A DNA stretch of 64,000 nt, taken from assembly GCA_963682135.1 (NCBI GenBank), contig OY821645.1, positions 2,400,001 through 2,464,000 on the forward strand, in the 5' to 3' direction. Origin of the DNA: Methanothrix sp. GTDB taxonomy: Archaea; Halobacteriota; Methanosarcinia; Methanotrichales; Methanotrichaceae. Shown one piece after another: positions 11,866-20,587 of this stretch. Below the pieces are notes generated by a model. The model was given only the letters and a program-made list of their open reading frames with translations. It was not told the DNA's origin and ran no database searches. Each line of letters starts with the position of its first letter. Position 1 is the stretch's first letter. The translations under genes and the position numbers were made by a program.

Positions 11866-13587
11866 ATGGTTATTGGTCCCCAACAAGAACTGATTGCAGC
11901 CGCGCGCGGTGAAATCGAGGTTGATCTCCTCCTGGCAGGAGGCAGCGTGGCCAATGTTCTCTCCGGCGAGGTGTACCGGGCGGATGTGGCTATTCATAAA
12001 GGCCGGATAGCTGGCTTTGACTGCTCCAGCGCCCGGCAGACCCTGGAGCTGGAGGGAAAGGTTCTCGCACCGGGATTCATTGACGGCCACGTTCACATTG
12101 AGAGCAGCATGGTCACCGTGCCCGAGTACGCCCGGGCAGTCGTGCCCAGGGGCACCACCACCGTGGTTGCCGACCCGCACGAGATCGCCAATGTTTGGGG
12201 CGAGGCGGGTATTCGCTACATGCTACAGTCCTCCAGAGATCTCCCCCTGAACGTTTTTGTCATGCTGCCCACTTGCGTGCCCGCCACCAATCTGGAGACC
12301 GCCGGAGCGGCCCTGGGTGCGGACGCACTGGTCGGGCTGATCGAGGAAGAGGGGGTCATTGGCCTGGCCGAGGTCATGAACTATCCTGGCGTCATCTTCC
12401 GTGATGCGGAAGTGATGAAGAAGCTGGCTCTGGCCGGCCGACGGCCTGTGGACGGGCACGCTCCCGGCCTGTCGGGGCGCGACCTCTCGGCTTACATCTC
12501 CGCCGGCATCCGGTCCGATCACGAGTGCACCACAATAGATGAAGCCCGGGAAAAGCTTCGCTCCGGGATGTACATCATGCTGCGAGAGGGCAGCGCTGCG
12601 AAAAATTTGCGGGATCTGCTGCCCCTGATCAGCCCCCTCAATGCCCGTCGATTCCTCTTCGTTTCGGACGACCGGCATCCAGCAGATATCCTTAGCGAGG
12701 GGCATATCGACTTCATGGTGAGGACATGCATCGAGCAGGGCCTCGACCCCATTGTCGCCCTGCAGATCGCCAGTCTCAATGCCGCCCAGTACTTTGGCCT
12801 CTCCGACCTGGGGGCCATAGCTCCCGGTTACAGAGCAGACATCGCCGTGCTGGAGGATCTGGAAGGAATTCGCGTGGCCAGGGTCATCAAAGACGGAAAG
12901 GTGGTGGCGGAAGATGGACGCTTCACAATGCAGTTGGTGAAAGCACCGGCACCCAGAATTAAGTCCCTGCAGATAGGCAAAATCGCAGCCGAATCGTTTG
13001 CCATCCCGGCAGAAAGCGGCCCGGCCAGGGTGATTGGCGTTGTGCCCGATCAGATCTTCACCAGGTCGCTGCAACTCTTGCCCAAAATTCGGGATGGAAA
13101 GGTTGTCTCCGACACAGACCGGGATATCCTGAAGATGAGTGTGGTGGAGAGGCACAAGACCACGGGCAATGTGGGCCTGGGGCTGGTGCAGGGCTTCGGC
13201 CTGCGCAGCGGCGCTCTAGCAACTTCCGTAGCCCATGATTCGCACAACATCGCCGCCGTTGGCGCAACGGACGAGGATATGCTGGCGGCGGTGCGGGCTA
13301 TCGAGCAGATGGGCGGCGGGCTGGTGGCGGTGGCAGAAGGAAAGGTGCTGGCCAGCCTGCCTCTGCCTGTGGCCGGGCTGCTCTCGGAGGCGAGTATGCA
13401 GGATGTGGCGCGGGGCATGGAGAGCTGCATTGCTGCGGCTGCCAAGCTGGGATGCAAGCTTAAGGACCCGTTCATGACGCTCTCGTTTCTCTGCCTGCCG
13501 GTGATCCCGGAGCTGAAGCTGACGGACAGGGGGCTGGTGGATGTGAGGGACTTCAAGTTAGTTCCTTTGTTTTTGGAGGATTTCTGA
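11866..13587 (+). CDS. ade: Adenine deaminase
   Basis: PGFIDGHVHIESSM, DPHEIANV, DGHAP, SDHEC, SVAHDSHN, LPVIPELKLTD. Confidence 0.95.
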   Translation: MVIGPQQELIAAARGEIEVDLLLAGGSVANVLSGEVYRADVAIHKGRIAGFDCSSARQTLELEGKVLAPGFIDGHVHIESSMVTVPEYARAVVPRGTTTVVADPHEIANVWGEAGIRYMLQSSRDLPLNVFVMLPTCVPATNLETAGAALGADALVGLIEEEGVIGLAEVMNYPGVIFRDAEVMKKLALAGRRPVDGHAPGLSGRDLSAYISAGIRSDHECTTIDEAREKLRSGMYIMLREGSAAKNLRDLLPLISPLNARRFLFVSDDRHPADILSEGHIDFMVRTCIEQGLDPIVALQIASLNAAQYFGLSDLGAIAPGYRADIAVLEDLEGIRVARVIKDGKVVAEDGRFTMQLVKAPAPRIKSLQIGKIAAESFAIPAESGPARVIGVVPDQIFTRSLQLLPKIRDGKVVSDTDRDILKMSVVERHKTTGNVGLGLVQGFGLRSGALATSVAHDSHNIAAVGATDEDMLAAVRAIEQMGGGLVAVAEGKVLASLPLPVAGLLSEASMQDVARGMESCIAAAAKLGCKLKDPFMTLSFLCLPVIPELKLTDRGLVDVRDFKLVPLFLEDF

Positions 13588-14120
13588 AAATTTTCGGCAG
13601 ATTGGCCTGTTTTAGGCGGCAATCCTTTTAGTGCTGCAGAGGTTGCGGGCATTCAGGGCTGCGGTTTCGGCGGATGGGCTGGGGTTCGAAGCCAGCGTGG
13701 CAGAGGGCGGTCTTGATGATAGCGATCTCCTTGTCGCTGGTGAGAGTCGGCAGGTGGCCTTTAATGCATCTCTTTTATAGCACTTGCTCAGATATTTCCC
13801 AATGAATTTTTGTGCTTAGAGCTAATTTTTTCCCAGAATCGCATAAAGCCTTTATGCGTACCATTTCATTATCCTGCCATCTCACATTCCCAGATTCAAC
13901 TGCAAGAAATTCAATTATGCCAAAATAGGAATCCACCATTCAGGAAGACCGTGAATTTCGAGAGACCATGAACATGGAATATAGTGTTCAAGAACATAGC
14001 GAAGTTGATTTTTCATGAACTCAATTGCTTTTTTTTGTTCCTCATTGACGATGAGAGTTTTTGAGGAAATATTATATCTCTTTGAAATTCTTCGATCATT
14101 TTTTATGCATCCATTTAAGT

Positions 14121-14218
14121 GAGGATTCCTATTAACCCTTGGTTAAGCCATGAGGTGAGCCAAATACGGTATGCGTGATACTGTGCTCATTTAAAATTAT
14201 AGGTTAATAGGAATCCTC
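14121..14218. mobile_element. 98-bp MITE / internally deleted IS with 17-bp terminal inverted repeats and 4-bp target duplication
   Basis: GAGGATTCCTATTAACC (14121-14137) and its perfect reverse complement (14202-14218), flanked on both sides by AAGT. Confidence 0.75.
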
Positions 14219-14230
14219 AAGTTTAGATTT

Positions 14231-15046
14231 CTATACATCAGCTGCATTGGCCAAAGAATGCTTTAATTCTTCCTGCAGTCTAGGTGAGTATAATTTGAAA
14301 TGTGAATCTAATAATGCATCGGAGAGCAAAAGCGACATATAGCAGGTTTCATAAGCTAATAGCCCTATCCATTTCGTTTCATTAGAATAACTAAAACAAC
14401 TACCATCAAATTGCAGGACCTGACCGATTATAAAAGAATCCCAATGGATCCAACCTGATGTCATGGAATATACAGTTTTTTCCAGCGGTCCAAGATTAAC
14501 ACTTTTAATTATATCATTAATTCTTACAGGAGGGGAGTTTTGGCCTGATATATACCATCTATTGTAATAATCATCAGGAATGATCTGAGTTATGTCTTTA
14601 TCTACGGATTTTTTCTTGAGGAATTGAGTGCAATAAGCCTTCAGACCATCCTCGATTTCTGTTTTATGAGATGGATCGATGCTCTTACCATACGACCGCT
14701 TAAATTCTTCTACCCAATAATATGATTTCCAATTATAAGGACGATTAGCAGGATCTTGACTGGCCCAATATAGGAAGGCCAGACCTTCAAACATAATTCG
14801 GGATAATAGCCAAGCATCTCGATATTTATTGTTGTCTTCCAATAGGCAAATGCTTTCGACATGATCTATCTGTTTGCTCACGAAACATAGAGCCATAAAG
14901 CCCATATGATCCTTCCTGCGATCAAAGCTCACGCTTTTCATTAGGGTGTTAGTTATCTGCAATAGTCTATCAATCTCTTCTCGCAAATGATATAGTTCTT
15001 CATCTATCGTAGATCCATTACTCATAAAATCAATTTGTGCATGCAA
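14231..15046 (-). CDS. Hypothetical protein (DUF5677-like), AT-rich, probably horizontally acquired
   Basis: 271-aa ORF with RIMFE and Y...SGWIH motifs reminiscent of DUF5677; low GC. Confidence 0.55.
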   Translation of the reverse strand: MHAQIDFMSNGSTIDEELYHLREEIDRLLQITNTLMKSVSFDRRKDHMGFMALCFVSKQIDHVESICLLEDNNKYRDAWLLSRIMFEGLAFLYWASQDPANRPYNWKSYYWVEEFKRSYGKSIDPSHKTEIEDGLKAYCTQFLKKKSVDKDITQIIPDDYYNRWYISGQNSPPVRINDIIKSVNLGPLEKTVYSMTSGWIHWDSFIIGQVLQFDGSCFSYSNETKWIGLLAYETCYMSLLLSDALLDSHFKLYSPRLQEELKHSLANAADV

Positions 15047-15256
15047 ATCTTATAGAGTTATCCAATCATTTCGATGCAAAATAGTCTTAATTTGGCCAGT
15101 ACGGTACAATTTGGCCTTACCTGCTGGCCGACTAATCTAGAAGAAGGAATCAGCCCGTTTATTTTTGTCTGTAAATATTAAAAACAGTTTCCAATCAACA
15201 TCCCTGCTGCTGCTCCTGCAGCTTCAAGCATGCTAGAATCTCGGCCACCCACGACC

Positions 15257-15329
15257 CCGCTCGACCGCAAACGAGCCGCCCGAGTGGTCCTCCGGCCCCC
15301 CTGGCGTGCGGGCATCCGTGCTCAACTGG
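15257..15329. repeat. GC-rich dispersed repeat, copy A (partial)
   Basis: Shares CCGCTCGACCGCAA and GGCGTGCGGGCATCCGTGCTC with copies B and C. Confidence 0.6.
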
Positions 15330-15453
15330 ATTCCTGCCAGCCATCCCAGCCGCCCCCAATTTACACTCGCCGCCTTCCAAGCTGATTATGAATCCCGGTC
15401 CGATCCACGGCCTTTTCGCAATCCTTATAGCTCTGCGGTGAGAAGTACTTATC

Positions 15454-15609
15454 ATGGCAGGTGCGAAAGAGAAAGCAGTCATTCAGGAATCTACAATTGA
15501 AGAAATAGAATTAGAGGTCTCTGAGATAAAAGAGTTGGATCAATTAGCAGAAGAGACTCGCAAGTGTGGCATATCCTGGGAAGATCTTAAGGCAGAACTT
15601 GGTCTATGA
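15454..15609 (+). CDS. Putative RelB-like antitoxin (51 aa)
   Basis: Manual translation MAGAKEKAVIQESTIEE...GISWEDLKAELGL; acidic; ATGA overlap with downstream RelE. Confidence 0.75.
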   Translation: MAGAKEKAVIQESTIEEIELEVSEIKELDQLAEETRKCGISWEDLKAELGL

Positions 15610-15896
15610 ACTTTCATGTTAGCTTAAACAGAGAAATCAGGTCTATTCTATTATCGCTTCCTCGCGCACATAAAGAAAAAGTCGGAAAACTAATCGATCG
15701 CATAAGCGAGAATCCATATCCTTCAAGGTTCAAATTCATTGATATTTCATCAACCAATTTTGATATCAGAAAGTGCAAAGGCCATCAAACCAGATTTAGG
15801 GTAAGACTTGGCGAATACAGGCTTGTTTATGAAATAGATGAAGCAAGCCAAACGATCCTTATTCTGAAGCTTGATACTAGAGGCGATATATATTAG
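15606..15896 (+). CDS. RelE/ParE family toxin
   Basis: ENPYP...FRVRLGEYRLVYEID...LDTRGDIY. Confidence 0.88.
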   Translation: MNFHVSLNREIRSILLSLPRAHKEKVGKLIDRISENPYPSRFKFIDISSTNFDIRKCKGHQTRFRVRLGEYRLVYEIDEASQTILILKLDTRGDIY

Positions 15897-16000
15897 ATCC
15901 CTAATTGCGGTATTCACGCACGATAAGCCTCTATTTCAGCACCTCCAAATAGAATGTGGTCATAGATATCGGTAGCATCTTTCCGTCTCCCTCAAAGCTG
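15893..16000 (-). pseudogene. Degenerate 3' end of an archaeal tyrosine recombinase/integrase
   Basis: Frame-broken translation ..GD..KDATDIYDHI...EAYRA*IPQLGI*, matching the Methanosarcinales integrase C-terminus (RGD..AIDIYDHID..L...Y...IPQLGI). Confidence 0.65.
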
Positions 16001-16012
16001 CAGGCAAGTGAA

Positions 16013-16163
16013 CCGCTCGACCGCAAGCGCACCCGCGCAAGCGTCTCCCCGGGCGTGCGAGCGTCCCCCGGCCATCTCTGCTCGACGAGAAGGCATGCAG
16101 CGAGTGCTCAAGGCTTGCCCGCCGGAGCATCGTGATCTTGCCATCTTCGTCAGCTTTAAATAT
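16013..16163. repeat. GC-rich dispersed repeat, copy B
   Basis: CCGCTCGACCGCAAGC...GGCGTGCG...TGCTCGAC...GCTCAAGGC...CCGGAGC...CTTCGTCAGCTTTAAATAT. Confidence 0.65.
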
Positions 16164-16185
16164 CAAGCTTGATGTATATTATCTT

Positions 16186-16266
16186 GAGTAGTGTTGTAAG
16201 TCCTTCCCGAAAAGGATGAGGCCGCCCTGAGGCGGATGGGACGAAGTAAGGAAGGGTTCACTACAC
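16186..16266 (+). ncRNA. Putative structured ncRNA adjoining a DUF3800 gene remnant (DUF3800-RNA-like)
   Basis: Nested helices GTAGTG/CACTAC, CCTTCC/GGAAGG and CCGCC-CTGA-GGCGG; TTTAAATA box about 25 nt upstream; strand inferred from the promoter. Confidence 0.55.
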
Positions 16267-16434
16267 AATTAATTCAGGAATTTGTTTATATTTCTTAGGG
16301 AGTCTTTGTTCTCTTACTCTCTTGATACACCGGCCAACCTCGGAGGGATTTCTGGCGATGACCGCGGCCAAGATAAAATGCTGGGAGGCCCGCGGCCCAA
16401 ATCCTAAATCTCCAGACTCATCCAGGTATATCAT
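16261..16434 (-). pseudogene. Truncated DUF3800 domain protein (57-aa N-terminal part)
   Basis: MIYLDESGDLGFGPRASQHFILAAVI...KQIPELIV*; the DESG signature is present and the C-terminal ~70% is missing. Confidence 0.7.
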
Positions 16435-16487
16435 TTGATCCGCTTGTTCTTTTATTGGACCTCAATAAAAGCTTTGGGCATTGCACG

Positions 16488-16638
16488 CCGGACCGCAAGC
16501 TGGACCAAGCGAACCCCCGGTTCCCCTGGAGTGCGGGCGTCCGCGGGCATCCGTGCTCGACCGGGAAGCGTGCTACGGGCGCTCAAGGCCGGCCACCGGA
16601 GCCCTTGCAGTCTTGCGTTCTTCGTCATCTTCAAATAT
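16488..16638. repeat. GC-rich dispersed repeat, copy C
   Basis: GACCGCAAGC...GTGCGGGC...GGGCATCCGTGCTCGAC...GCTCAAGGC...CCGGAGC...CTTCGTCATCTTCAAATAT. Confidence 0.65.
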
Positions 16639-16662
16639 TAAGCTATGCCGGGTGGTTATGAG

Positions 16663-16809
16663 ATGACAGCCGTCGTGAGAGCAAAAGAAGAGAGGATAGA
16701 TTACAGCGAGGCGGCCCATGTGGACGAAGAATATGAATACCTCCTTAAAAACAAAGATCCGGGAGTTACTTTTGATGATTATTGCCGTAGGCGTGGCATC
16801 ACGCTCTAA
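16663..16809 (+). CDS. Small orphan antitoxin-like protein (48 aa)
   Basis: MTAVVRAKEERIDYSEAAHVDEEYEYLLKNKDPGVTFDDYCRRRGITL; the C-terminus resembles RelB-type antitoxins; no toxin follows. Confidence 0.45.
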   Translation: MTAVVRAKEERIDYSEAAHVDEEYEYLLKNKDPGVTFDDYCRRRGITL

Positions 16810-17004
16810 GTCAATCCTATTTTCTCTGCGCACTTTTCCGAATTGAGACCCTCGGCCTTACACAAAGCAAATCTCCTGCCACCCTGCCATGCAGTCGTTC
16901 CCAGCAATCTCGTACAATCCGTCTAGTTCAGCTCGACGCCTCGCGATTTCTCGCCCCATGGCACCTCGCTGCCGTTTGACTCGTTGTTATTCATCGCAAG
17001 ATCA

Positions 17005-17041
17005 TTGCTACTAAAATCAAAAAGCTTATTAACTAGTAATA
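17005..17041 (+). promoter_or_regulatory. BRE/TATA promoter embedded in a TACTA...TAGTA palindrome (candidate metal-responsive repressor operator)
   Basis: TACTAAAATCAAAAAGCTTATTAACTAGTAATA; related motifs near 17630, 20763 and 21007. Confidence 0.4.
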
Positions 17042-17187
17042 TCCTAAACCAAAGAATGACGACAGACCACCGTTGACCTCCTTTATCGTCGTCTACCTGT
17101 TGTCAGGTTCCGGCCGCTGCCAGGCCGGACTCCTCTTCTGAAAGAGACGATTAAGATCATAGAGATCATACGGATAGGAGCCATGCT

Positions 17188-17493
17188 ATGACCCAACTGA
17201 TAATCACCGATATCAGAAAAAGCTGCTGCGACACAAGATTCGATCTTATCACCGCTATTTTTCTCAGTCGAGACGGCTCTGGGACCAGAGGACGGATGTA
17301 TCTAGACGAAAGAAGCATCCTGGTACTGGAGAGTGCCACAGCACAAGGGGAGATCCCGGCAATTGGCGTGCGATGCGGGGATCAGTACATCCGCCTGAGG
17401 GCAAAGCCGGACCACGGGCTGATGGTGGGAGATGAGATACAATTTGGTAAGGATCTAGATAAAAAACCTGTCATTCAGCTACCGCAGTCGTAA
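17188..17493 (+). CDS. Hypothetical protein
   Basis: 101-aa ORF with AGGAG RBS. Confidence 0.5.
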   Translation: MTQLIITDIRKSCCDTRFDLITAIFLSRDGSGTRGRMYLDERSILVLESATAQGEIPAIGVRCGDQYIRLRAKPDHGLMVGDEIQFGKDLDKKPVIQLPQS

Positions 17494-17684
17494 GATAGGA
17501 GCGCTGTACCTGGGAAGCATTGGTCACAAGGCTACATTAATTGAACATACTCGGGCCGTAAAGTTACTCCACCGCGATTCTTGGTCCGTAATCCGGATGC
17601 ACAGCATTCTGTACGTACGGTTTAGCCCAAAAGCTTTAAGTCAAGTAATAATGAGTTAATTCTAATTATGTTTAATTAACTGAG

Positions 17685-18620
17685 ATGAGGAACTTGAACT
17701 TGATCTTGAAGTTGATGATATTATCTCTGGTCATATTGCCGTTACTATGCTCTGTAACCCTGGCAGAAGAAAACACGACCAGTGCGCTGAACGTTACGGA
17801 CGATCTCGGGCGGGAGGTCGGCATGGCCAAAACTCCGGAGAGAATAGTCTCCCTCTCTCCTTCCAACACGGAGATCCTCTTCGCTCTCGGCCTGGGGGAT
17901 CGAGTAGTGGGGGCGACAAAGTACTGCAATTATCCTCCTTTGGTAAAGGAACTGAAGGAAAGCAAAAAGATCGAGGATGTGGGCGGGTACGTTGATCCGG
18001 ATATCGAGACGATTCTCTCGCTGCACCCTGATCTCGTCTTGGCCAGCCGGACGCGCAGCAGCGGGGCAGTATCTCTGCTGGAAAAGGAGGGTATTGCCAC
18101 TTTTGTCGTCGATGTGAATAATCTGAGCAGCATCATTCGATCCATTGAAAAGGTCGGAAAAATTTCAGGCAAGGAAGCGGATGCTTCAAAGCTATGTAAT
18201 CAGATGGAGTCGCGAATAAAGGCCGTATCTGACAAGACCTCATCCCTTCCTAAAACTAGGGTCCTTTATATCGTCTGGCACGATCCGGTCAAGACAGCCG
18301 GTGCGGGAACCTTCGAGGACGAGCTTATCGAGAAGGCAGGTGGTGTGAACATCTTCCATGATCTGTCAGGATATGCTCAGATAGATCCGGAAGCCATTGC
18401 CGTGCGAAACCCTGAGGTAATTATTGCCTGCTCAGGCATGGGTAGCGGAGCGGACTTGCCTATGCAATGGGCAAAAACCGAACGAGGCCTGAATCAGACT
18501 GACGCCCGCAAGAATGGCAGGATCTATCAGGCAGAAGGAGATCTCATAACCCGCACCGGTCCCAGGGTTGTGGATGGCCTGGAGATGTTGGCCAGGTTCA
18601 TCCATCCCGAGGCGTTCTGA
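17685..18620 (+). CDS. ABC transporter substrate-binding protein (BtuF/Fe-siderophore/cobalamin class)
   Basis: Signal peptide; VTDDLGREV, PERIVSLSPSNTEILFALG, RTGPRVVDGLE. Confidence 0.9.
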   Translation: MRNLNLILKLMILSLVILPLLCSVTLAEENTTSALNVTDDLGREVGMAKTPERIVSLSPSNTEILFALGLGDRVVGATKYCNYPPLVKELKESKKIEDVGGYVDPDIETILSLHPDLVLASRTRSSGAVSLLEKEGIATFVVDVNNLSSIIRSIEKVGKISGKEADASKLCNQMESRIKAVSDKTSSLPKTRVLYIVWHDPVKTAGAGTFEDELIEKAGGVNIFHDLSGYAQIDPEAIAVRNPEVIIACSGMGSGADLPMQWAKTERGLNQTDARKNGRIYQAEGDLITRTGPRVVDGLEMLARFIHPEAF

Positions 18621-18640
18621 GGCATTGGTCTGGGAAGCCC

Positions 18641-19445
18641 ATGTTTGGCCACAATGCCATATCCGTAGCCCTGAAGCCCGCCGCAAGCGAGAGAGCCAAT
18701 TTGGGGGAGCAGTATCGGCAATTCACCGGACGAAAGGTGCTCTTCTTTCTGGTCCTGGCAATGGCGATAGCCCTACTTGCAGGTGTAGCAGTAATTCTCG
18801 GCTCAGCAGAGATCGGCATTATGGATGTGTACGCCTGCATTCTGGCCAGACTCTTTCCCGGACACTTTCAAACCACCGCATTTACGGATATGATTGTCTG
18901 GGACCTGCGACTGCACAGGGTCTTGATGAGCATCGTCGCCGGCATGGGCCTTGGCGCCTCCGGGGCGGTAATGCAGGGAATTCTTAAGAATCCGCTCGCC
19001 AGCCCCTTCACTCTGGGAGAGGATAGGAATGGTCTTGACCATTCTTGTCATCTGTCTGCCTTATCTCATCATCAAATCATGGGACCTCAACGCCCTGGGG
19101 GCTGGTGATGAGACTGCCCAGAGCCTGGGGGTGAACGTGGAGAAGACGAGGGTGATTTACATGATGCTGGCCTCGCTCATAACCGCCAGCATCATCTGCT
19201 TCACGGGAACCATCGGCTTCATAGACCTGGTCGCACCCCATATTACCAGGATGGCCATAGGCGGTGACCACCGTTTTCTTCTGCCGGGCTCTGCCCTGGT
19301 GGGAGCCTTGCTTTTGCTGGGTGCGGATACCCTGGCAAGAGTGGTCCTGGCCCCTGTGGTTCTGCCAGTGGGCATTATGACCTCCTTCCTGGGCGTTCCC
19401 TTCTTCGTGTACCTGTTTCTGCAAAGGAGGAGGACATTTTGGTGA
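18641..19445 (+). pseudogene. FecCD/BtuC-type ABC permease with internal deletion and frameshift
   Basis: N-terminal part ends ..NPLASPFTLG and the C-terminal part (WERIGMVL..LGAGDETAQSLG..GTIGFIDLVAPH) continues in another frame; central TM block absent; junction at CTGGGA 19013-19018. Confidence 0.8.
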
Positions 19446-19549
19446 GGATTATCAACAATGGTCCGCCAATACAATGATGATGGGCACGCATTCGCCTGAA
19501 AGACGGTAGTTGGGAAAAGGATTGCCTAGAAAAAAGTCGTTGATTAATG

Positions 19550-19744
19550 TCATGCGGTTTTCAGAATCATCTCCTGAGTGAAGGTATTAGCCTCATCGAT
19601 TATTGCGTTCTCAATAGGAATCGTCAAGCCAAAAGCATCCATGAGAAGTATTTTCCCTTCTCTTCTCCTGGCAACGACAATATTCTTTGCCACCTCTTTG
19701 CGACCTGCACTTTTCTCTTCCAGGTAAACCGTAAACTCGCACAT
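19550..19744 (-). CDS. cooT: CooT family nickel-binding protein
   Basis: MCEFTVYL...LMDAFG; size 64 aa; directly downstream of cooC. Confidence 0.75.
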   Translation of the reverse strand: MCEFTVYLEEKSAGRKEVAKNIVVARRREGKILLMDAFGLTIPIENAIIDEANTFTQEMILKTA

Positions 19745-19747
19745 AGT

Positions 19748-20429
19748 TTAATCCTCCACCATCCTGTTTTTGATTTTCAATATGTCCTGCAGAGCCTTTT
19801 GCGAAGAATTCGAGGTATTGGCCAGATCCAAGAGATGGATACCCTTCTTGTCCGCCTCGACTACCAATGAGTCGTATCTCACTGCATCGATCAAGTCCCC
19901 GTTCAGGTCCAATGCATCTGCAATCGATTGGCATTCGCTCTCATCCTCTGCCATATTTACAATAACTATCTGCTTCTTGACACCCAGATCTCGTGACAGC
20001 TTCATGCTGTGCTTTGCCACTTCGATTGATTTAGGCGTGGGCTCGGTTATCACCATGCTCAGGTCAAATTCAGCAGACAGGCCTCTGCCCAGGATTTCCA
20101 CGCCTGCCTGTGAGTCAACCATGATAAAATCAAACTCCTCGGAGTTGCCGGTAAGGTGATTTATCAGGAACTTGACCAGAGAGATAGGAGAGCACAGGCA
20201 ACCGGAGCCGCCGTGGGGCACAGTGCCCATCACAATCAGATTGAGATCTGTCCTCGGCAAGAGCTGTGACCTGAGCAATATGAATTCCCATAGACATGGC
20301 CAGATTCATGCTGGGGTCACAGTCAACCACCAAAACCCTATGGCCTTCTCTGGACAGGAGCCTGGCCACGGTGGAGAGGATGGTGGTCTTTCCAACGCCG
20401 CCTTTGCCGGTAAAGATTATTCGCTTCAT
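19748..20429 (-). pseudogene. cooC: CooC/AcsF nickel-insertion ATPase, split by deletion/frameshift
   Basis: GKGGVGKTT and DCDPSMNL in one frame; GSGCLC and DSQAGVE in another; junction near 20245. Confidence 0.8.
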
Positions 20430-20587
20430 TTTGCCCCCCTGATCGAGGTGGTGATGAAAACGGATTCATCCGGGTGCATGTTGTGCCCATAAGCTAAAGA
20501 AAGCACAACATCCGCATTCTTGCACGCGGACTTCCCCCGGCAAATCTCATGGCCCCGGACCATAAGGTGCATATTGTTATCGATCAT
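20426..20587 (-). pseudogene. Short ORF/gene remnant upstream of cooC
   Basis: 53-codon ORF MIDNNMHLMVRGHEIC...GAK* overlapping the cooC start (ATGA). Confidence 0.3.

Noticed and set aside
13630-14110. Degenerate minus-strand coding remnants downstream of ade
   Set aside because: Broken frames with no identifiable family; noted only as part of the decayed island
16186-16266. Hammerhead/twister ribozyme or known riboswitch
   Set aside because: Lacks the CUGANGA/GAAA arrangement and the twister GUCCYAAGC loop; no riboswitch consensus recognised
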